A stretch of 64,000 bases of DNA. Origin: Octopus sinensis. Lineage: Eukaryota. Numbering within the stretch: the first letter of the stretch is position 1; every line of letters begins with the position of its first letter. Where the stretch lies: NCBI RefSeq assembly GCF_006345805.1, contig NC_042998.1, forward strand, positions 139,252,001 through 139,316,000, in the 5' to 3' direction. A model generated the notes under the pieces. The model saw only the letters and a list, made by a program, of their open reading frames with translations. It had not been told where the DNA came from and made no database searches. Of the stretch, positions 56,231 through 64,000 are shown one piece after another. Made by a program: the position numbers and the translations under genes.

Positions 56231-57399
56231 AGGTATCTTTTGTTTTATCTTTTACTTGCTTTTGTCATTAGACTACGGCCATGCTGGGGCACCACCTTGA
56301 AGAATTTTAATCGAACAGATCAACCCCAAGACTTTTTTTAAAGCCTATAACTTATTCTATCAGTATGTTTGCTGCACCACTAAGTCCCAGGGACGTAAAC
56401 ACGCATACATCTGACATGATAGGTCAATCATCATAATCATATAAACACACACACACACACACACGACGAGCTTCCTTCAGTCTCCATCTACCAAATCCAC
56501 TCAAGGTTTTAATCAGCAGAGGTTATAGTAGAAGACACTTGCTCAAGGTACAACGCAGTGGGACTGAACCCGGAACCATGTGATTGCGAAGCAAAATTCT
56601 TACCACACAGCCACTTGCAAAAAACAAAATGTTGATTGAAATTGTTGTCTCTGACATCAGAAAAACTAAAAAGTACATTTGATATACTACGATGACAAAA
56701 AAAGAAATTAACAGATTACATAGGAATATACGCTTATAGAGGATAATGAGTAAATAAAAGATCCTCTATATTTGTTTTGGCAGCTAATTAAACACAAATT
56801 CACACCTGAATACTTTCTCCCAGCATGCCTGCATGGTTAAGAAGCTAACTTTGCAACCTCGGGGTTTTGGGTTCAGTGCCACCACACAGCACTTTGGACA
56901 AGTGTCTTCTACTATAGCCCTGGGCCAACTAGTGCCTTGTGAGTGAGTTTGGTAGACAGAAACTGTGTGGAAGGTCATTATGTGTGTGAGTGTGTGAATG
57001 CATGCATGAGTGTATGAATGTATGTGCATGTTTTCTCCTGCCACTGTTTGATTACTGGTGCTGGTTTGTTTACATCTCCACAGCAGTTCAGCGAAAAAGA
57101 AATCAATAGAATAAGTAATGGACTTTTAAAAACAAAGTACTGGAGTCGACTTGTTCAACTGAACCCTTCAAGGCAGTGCCCCAGCATGGCCACAGTGCAA
57201 TGACTGAAACAAGATAAACAAGTATTATATTCAGATCTCATCCATCATTCCAATAACTGTTTTTTTAATATAAACAATTAATGTTATACATGGCCATTCT
57301 TGGTTTCTCCAACTACACAAAAAGATAACATTTAACCAAGATTAAAGGATGATGTGAGACGGTTATGTCTGTAGTAAGATTTGAAACTGAATCGGCATG

Positions 57400-57485
57400 T
57401 GATTGGCTGAGTTATAGACCAATCTACTTGATCTCTTTACAAGGCTTATAAATAGGCATGTTTCTAGTGCCAGCTTTGCAGTGTC
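57400..57485 (+). promoter_or_regulatory. Candidate core promoter: inverted CCAAT, CCAAT, TATA box, Inr-like GCAGT
   Basis: ATTGG 57402-57406, CCAAT 57419-57423, TATAAATA 57447-57454, GCAGT with its A at 57480 (33 nt after the TATA start). Confidence 0.4.
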
Positions 57486-60400
57486 AAGGATGGCCAAGAG
57501 AAATGCGTCTTCATTCTTGCCAGACCATGTTGCACAGAGACCGGCCAATTCATTTTCACAAGTCTCACCTCTTGCCTCAGTTTGTGGATGATCACAGCTA
57601 AACTAACTGCACTCTTATTTTGCTGCTTTTCAACAGTTGTTCTAATGACTCCTTACTCAACCTAGTAGACAGCAGCTACAGTTTGCAGTCATGAACCCAG
57701 CCTGGTATATTTTCTTTTGTTGTGGAAGTTTATTTACAGAGCCTTCTTAATCAACTACGTACTTGTAATAGCTACACAATTGTCATTTCCAGTGTGTAAA
57801 CTTTGTTGTTGCATTTTTAATACATGACCAACATAGAAAATATTTCTGCTGTGAAATAAAATTGTTAATTATCCACAAGTATTGCGCATTCATTATAGGC
57901 AAATTGAACCCAACTCAAACTATCAGCATCTTACACCCTTCATTCTATGTCTATCGTGACAACTGTTAACTGCACCTCGTGGCATGTTCAACAAGCAGAC
58001 AAAATACAAATAATATTCATTGTATATCAACTTTGAAACATTAATAAGATCTGTAGAACAATACGAAAGTATTGAAAGTAAATTACAATTAAATTTATTT
58101 TGGTTCAACTATACTACTTATAAAAGTCTTTTTGAAGATACACACACACACACACACACACATATATTCTTTTGGTTTTTTACTCGTTTCAGTCACAGGA
58201 TGGTGGCCATGCTGGGGTGTGAAGAGTTAAGTTGAACAAATCAACCCCAGTACTTATTTTTCAAATCTAGTACTTATTTTGTCAGTTTGTTGCTGAATTG
58301 TTAAGTTACAAGGACATAAACAAACTAACACCGATTGTCAGGTAGCAGTGGGACACGGACACACACACATAAATGTGGAGGAAACAGATGGTAGAGATGC
58401 AGAGGGGTTTGGACAATGGAGTTGGTGACAGTAGGAGTGGGGATAGAAAAAGAAACAAGGCCACACACACACAATAGGCTTCCACACAGTTGTTTCTGTC
58501 AACCAAATCCACTCACAAGGTACTGGTTGACCTGAGGCAGTTACCCAAGATGCCACACAGAGGAGCCAAACACAAAACTATGTGGCAACAAAATAGCTTC
58601 TTAACCACACAGCCATATCTGTGCATGTAAATCAAGATACTTTTATAAAAACCTAACATAAAAGCATCTCTCAAACTGGCCATTTTGGATTAGTGGCTTC
58701 TTCACTGTTGAATACATTTATGAATGTTAATAAATCTTTCCAGCTAAACTCCATAAAGTTAGCAGAAAAGAAGTTTCAAAACCCAGCTATTTCCACTACT
58801 GACTGAAGCAATCCCCTATGTATCCGCAAACATATTTTATTTCACTTGCAGACAGCATTACTGCAAGTAATATAATAATATAGCATAGCTATATTACTTT
58901 CCTCTACCTTCTTAATTTATTCCACACCACTAAGGTTTTCCTTTTAAAAAAGCTGTTGCTTATCTTCCTTCTCCATTCTCCACATCAATCTTAGTTATGA
59001 TGAGACAAACCAGCAGAGATTCAAGAACAGTGCAAACTTTAGTTACGCAAGACAATAAAAAAAAAAAAAAGAAGGGAGGGGTCTAAGAATATGTACAAGC
59101 ACAAGAGAAGTTACATAATCATGCAACCTACTCATTGCAACCATCAAATGCCATTTGGTTTAATTCCTGGCTATTTTTAAAACACTGGACACTTAAGCAC
59201 AAAGTTTTAAATCTCAACACAGTACAACTTAAAACATGAGAGGATTATGAGTGGGGTGTCTGATTGAAAATTAAATTATAACCCTAACTGATATGATTAA
59301 TGCTGAATCTGTATAAACAAAACTGTCCCCCCTGGATCCATCTGTCCCTATACCATTGTAGAATTTATTCATGCTAATAAAATACAATCATTCAGGTTTG
59401 TGGTGGTCTTCAGCACCACACAAGTTAATTTTTTTACACAAAAAACAACAAAAAAAAAACGATATAGTAATGTACTACATTTTTCATGCTTATAATGTGC
59501 AATATCATTTATATATTATTTTACTGATTTTTATCACTGGTTCATAGCCATACTGTTTTTGCTGGTGCAGGCACACATGGAATAGTGTGTGTGTGTGGGG
59601 GGGGGCAATTGTGGCTGTGTGCCTAAGAAGTTCATTTCCCATCCATGTGGCTTGGGATTCAGTCCCACTGTGTGGCATTTTGGGCAAGTGTCTTCTACTA
59701 TAGCCCCAAGTCCCTTGTTAGTGGATTTGGTAGATGGAAACTGAAAGAAACCCATCACTTATCTGAATGCATGGGTGAATGTCTGTGTCTCTTCTTCTTA
59801 ACATTGCACAATAGATGTAAATGAGCATCACTATCATACAAGCAAGGCCATCATTTACAATTGTTTATTAAAACAAGTCCAGCTCTGAGGAAATATTTCC
59901 TTGCTTGGAAGCAGAAGAAGGTTGGCAACAGGAAGTGCATCCATTCGGCAGTAGAAAATCTGCCTCAACAAATTCTGTCTAGCCTATCCACAGATGGAAA
60001 AGTGGATGTTAAAACGATGATGTTAGCAGGTATGACAGAATCATTAGCACATCAGACAAAATGCCTCATGGTGTTATGGTCATTTACATTTGAGTCCAAA
60101 TCCTGCCAAAGTCAACTTTACCTTTCATCCTCCAGGAGTCTATAAAATATCAATCAAGCACTGGGACCAATGGGGACTACTAACCCACCCCAACACACAC
60201 ACACACTTCCCTCAAAACTGCTGGCTTTGTGCCTAGATTAGAAACAATATATTAGATTATGCTTGTATGTTAGCACTAGAAAACCACAGTCTAAATAAAA
60301 GACTCAATGTAGTATATGCAAAGTAAGTGATTTATTTATTTGATAAGAATGCTGACAGGTTGACTAAAATGTTTAAATCTTGAGAATTTGTTTGAGCATG

Positions 60401-61800
60401 CTTAGATGAGTTCCCAAGTACAAAGCAGTTTGCAACCTGTCGACATTTTTATAAATAAATAAACATATTTAAAATACAAACACTTAAACCATATTGGCAT
60501 CATGTTTATCAACACATTTCCCCACCAAAGGCTTGTATTCTAAACATCTTTCTATATTAAGTTCCACATTCAATATTGTGTGTGTGTGTGTGTGTGTGTG
60601 TGTACGTGTACATATACACATGATGGCCTTCCAAACCAGCTTCAACAACAAAATTTCCACACATTATTAGACAGTTCAATACCATGTGTGAAGTTATAAA
60701 AGACAGTTGCCAAGATACCAAGTAGTGGAATCAAATCCAGAACTACATAGTGACAAAGCAAACTTTTCCAATTATAGCTATGCATACACACAACCTCTTT
60801 CTTTCTTTCTTTCTCTCTCATGTATTATATATCCCCACCTGATTTTCAAGCTAGGGGTCTCTCACTCTACACAGGTTTGGATATACAAAGCCAGCAGATG
60901 ATTTGTTAATAAGAGAAACAACATAACCACTTGTAGCAAGCAAATTTGAGAGAAGCACAAATGTAAACAAATGTGTTACACACACAAATGAAAGACTTCT
61001 TCCAGTTCCTGTTCTACCAAATCCACTCACAAGGCATTGGTTGACCAGAGGCTAATAGAAAAAGACACCCTCAGTGACACATAAGGGAACTAAGACTAGA
61101 ACTATATGGTTGGGAAGTAAACTTCTTAACCACACAACTATGCCTGCACACACACACACACACACAATCAACATCGCCACCACCATTATTTAGATGCCAA
61201 CTTTTCTATGCTTGCATCGGTCAGATGGAATCACTGAGACAGATACTCTGTCACCAACTCAACCCTGCTTCCAACCAAGGTAATACTTCCCCATCATATG
61301 ATGTGATTTCACAAAAAATTGGAAATGAAGGACACTGCTTGTATGACTATGACACTCATAACTATCATGTGATGTCAAAACAAAGAGGGACACACACACA
61401 CACAGATATATATATATCAAAAGACAATCTTTAATATCCAGCTTAACAAGGATGTATTGTTAAAACATCAAATACTATAGTATTCGCCTTGAGAAGTCCT
61501 CTCATATAAACGTATGGTGCATAAAAGCACAGATATATATTGTAACAAATGAGAATTGCCTGATTGCGTAATTTCAGCATACTGTGCTTCTTCAATGGCA
61601 AATCTCACTGCCCAAAATATATAAAATAACAGTTTTTTTCGTCACCAATGTCACAAACAGCCAGCAGGCTTATTAAAAATAAATATTAGCGATGGAAAAA
61701 GTATTAATACCAAAAGGTTTAAGTTAGATGATATAAAGATTGCCTTCTGGTAATAATGCTATTTCTTTCACTTATATGTATGTGTGTGTGCATGCATATA

Positions 61801-61849
<49 letters not shown>

Positions 61850-64000
61850 GCATGTGTATATAGATATATAGACTTTTCAGTTTCCCTGTACAAAACCCAC
61901 TCACAAGGCTTTGATTAGCCCTGTACTATAGTAGTAGACATTTGCCCAAAGTGCTATGCAGTAGGACTGAAGGACTGAGCCTGAAACCACATGGCTGTGA
62001 AATAGCAAGTTTCTTAATGACACAACACATCTGCACCTATATATAAAGAACTTTCAGCTTTTATATACACACATGAGAAAGACACAGGTGGGTAAAACAT
62101 TAGAATACTGGTCAAAAGGCTTATATAATTCTGTCAGTGTAATGTTGTGATGTGATTCTGGCAAAGGAACAAAACTTTCAATTGTAAACTCCTAACTATA
62201 AATAGGTTGAACAAAGAGGCCACACATCACCACTATAGGATAGATACAAAGGAATAAGTAATTGAAAACTATTTTTATTGCTTTGCAATGAATGACATTG
62301 GTAGCATTAATTTCCAAGGAGCTATTAATAATGAATGCAGCTCTCAGTAATATTATCCAAGACATGCCAAAAGTGACATTTTGACCAGGATTCCTGAAGC
62401 TTCAAACTACTCACCTCTCTCTCTTTCTTTCTCTCTCTCTCTCTCTCTCATACACACACAAACACAGACATGCATATATATACACACACATGCAACTTTA
62501 CATTCATAACACCATTCTGCAGAACCATTTCTTTCCATCACAAACTCATACGCAAAGAGAGACACTCACATATATACTCATGCACACAAACATGTAGTGT
62601 GTGTGTGTGTGTGTGCACGCATGCACATAATAGCTTTAAATTTTGGTACAGGGCCAGCAATTTCTGAAAGGAAGGGTGAGTCAATTACATTGACCCTAGA
62701 ACTTGACTGGTACTTACTTTATCGATCCTGAAAGGATGAAGGATAAAGTCAGCCTCAGCAAAATTTGAACTCAGAATAGAAAGACATGAAATGCCACTAA
62801 GCATTTTGCAGGCATGCTAACAGTTTTGCCAGATCACCACATTTTGCGTGTTTTCATGCAAGAGAGATTTCTCGTAATCATATAATCCACATTGGAATCT
62901 ATCTAATTAAATGTTATTCTTAGAATAAATAAACTAAGGAACAATGTACTAAATGACATATGCAAAATTTTTCAACTTATTTCTCTTTCAGTTGGAGAAA
63001 ATAAACAAAAACCTAGCAGTATTTGCTAGGAACTCAAGAGAAATGGAGGTAATTTAATTCTGCAATTTTTTTTTTATCTCTTCACAGACATGCTGTCCCC
63101 TTCCTCTATCTTTTCTATCTCTACTAAAATGGAACTTATTCCCTGAAACTGGTTGGTCTCATGCACCTACCACTTTCATTTCCACCTCTCCTCACTCTCA
63201 GTACATTCAACCCCTTTGGTTCTGTACTAACTTTTATGCCTGGTCCTTTCTCTCCAAAGCATTATTCTTCTGTAATATTTTTTTCTACAGAATTGAGTAT
63301 TAACAGCATCAAACTCACCAAATTCCAAGAGCCCCAAAAAGTAACAGATAATGCCCCTTCCTACAAACTCAACAACGCACACACAAATGTACGTGAAAAG
63401 AAACTTTAAAATATATAACGACATAATTACTACTAAATATTATTCGACAGATATTAACTGTTTCAAATATACATATATAAATTAGATTGCAACAATAACC
63501 AACAGTTATAAAATCCACAAATAAACTAACCACTAATGAATTGTTATTGACTGTCAAATGAATTATTAATTGACTGTCAAAGATAAACAGTAATAAACTT
63601 ATTTCCAAACTGCATCAAATCAAAAAAGCATTATCAATAACTGAAAATGTAATTGAAACTATCCAAGGTAATTATAATTTAGTTTCTTTTATTTTCTGTC
63701 TGTACGGGTGAGTATAAAGACACACACACATACATTCAGTTTTGTCAGTGTCTTTACTGTTAGCTGGATTTCAAATGCAATGTAGAATTTAAATATATTT
63801 TCAGGCAAGTAGAATAAATACACAAATGTCCTATCTTGTGAGGAAGAAGTATCTTATAGCACATTTAGATATCTTAGTGTAAGCAGACTGATGATTTTAT
63901 AATGGACATCATCTTTGTCACCCAAAAGCAATTTGCTTTCTAACCACATACTTTTGGGTTCAGTCTCACCACATGGCACCTTGGACATGTGTCTTCTACT

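Noticed and set aside
57363-57548. Minus-strand ORF with WSGKNEDAFLLAIL, vaguely Myb/SANT-like
   Set aside because: Only one Trp motif and no further helices match; it overlaps the better-supported plus-strand promoter motifs.

Overview
AT-rich, repeat-dense animal genomic DNA, not prokaryotic. The (TA/TG/CA)n microsatellites and the SINE and MITE families look like octopus (coleoid cephalopod) DNA; that assignment is inference from repeat style, not a database match. Most of the window is one large minus-strand, intron-rich gene for a FAM13A/B-like RhoGAP protein. I can splice six coding exons by eye with canonical AG/GT ends and consistent phases (36593-36788, 30327-30536, 26880-27063, 22264-22387, 15636-15722, 1434-1699). 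They give about 346 codons from the ATG at 36761, and the gene continues past the left edge. A CpG-rich, SINE-free island at about 54.9-56.2 kb with a GTAAGT donor is the likely promoter and first exon. The introns hold tRNA-headed SINEs, RTE and CR1-like LINE ends, a probable Penelope relic, Tc1/mariner and hAT transposase fossils, TTAA, TA and 8-bp-TSD MITEs, and non-autonomous Helitrons. Nearly all ORFs in the supplied track are repeat-derived noise. I see no clearly new multi-gene system. The best leads are a possible internal promoter giving a RhoGAP-less isoform, a decayed minimal hammerhead ribozyme, a divergent CCAAT/CCAAT/TATA promoter with a 33-codon ORF, and long intronic fold-back structures.
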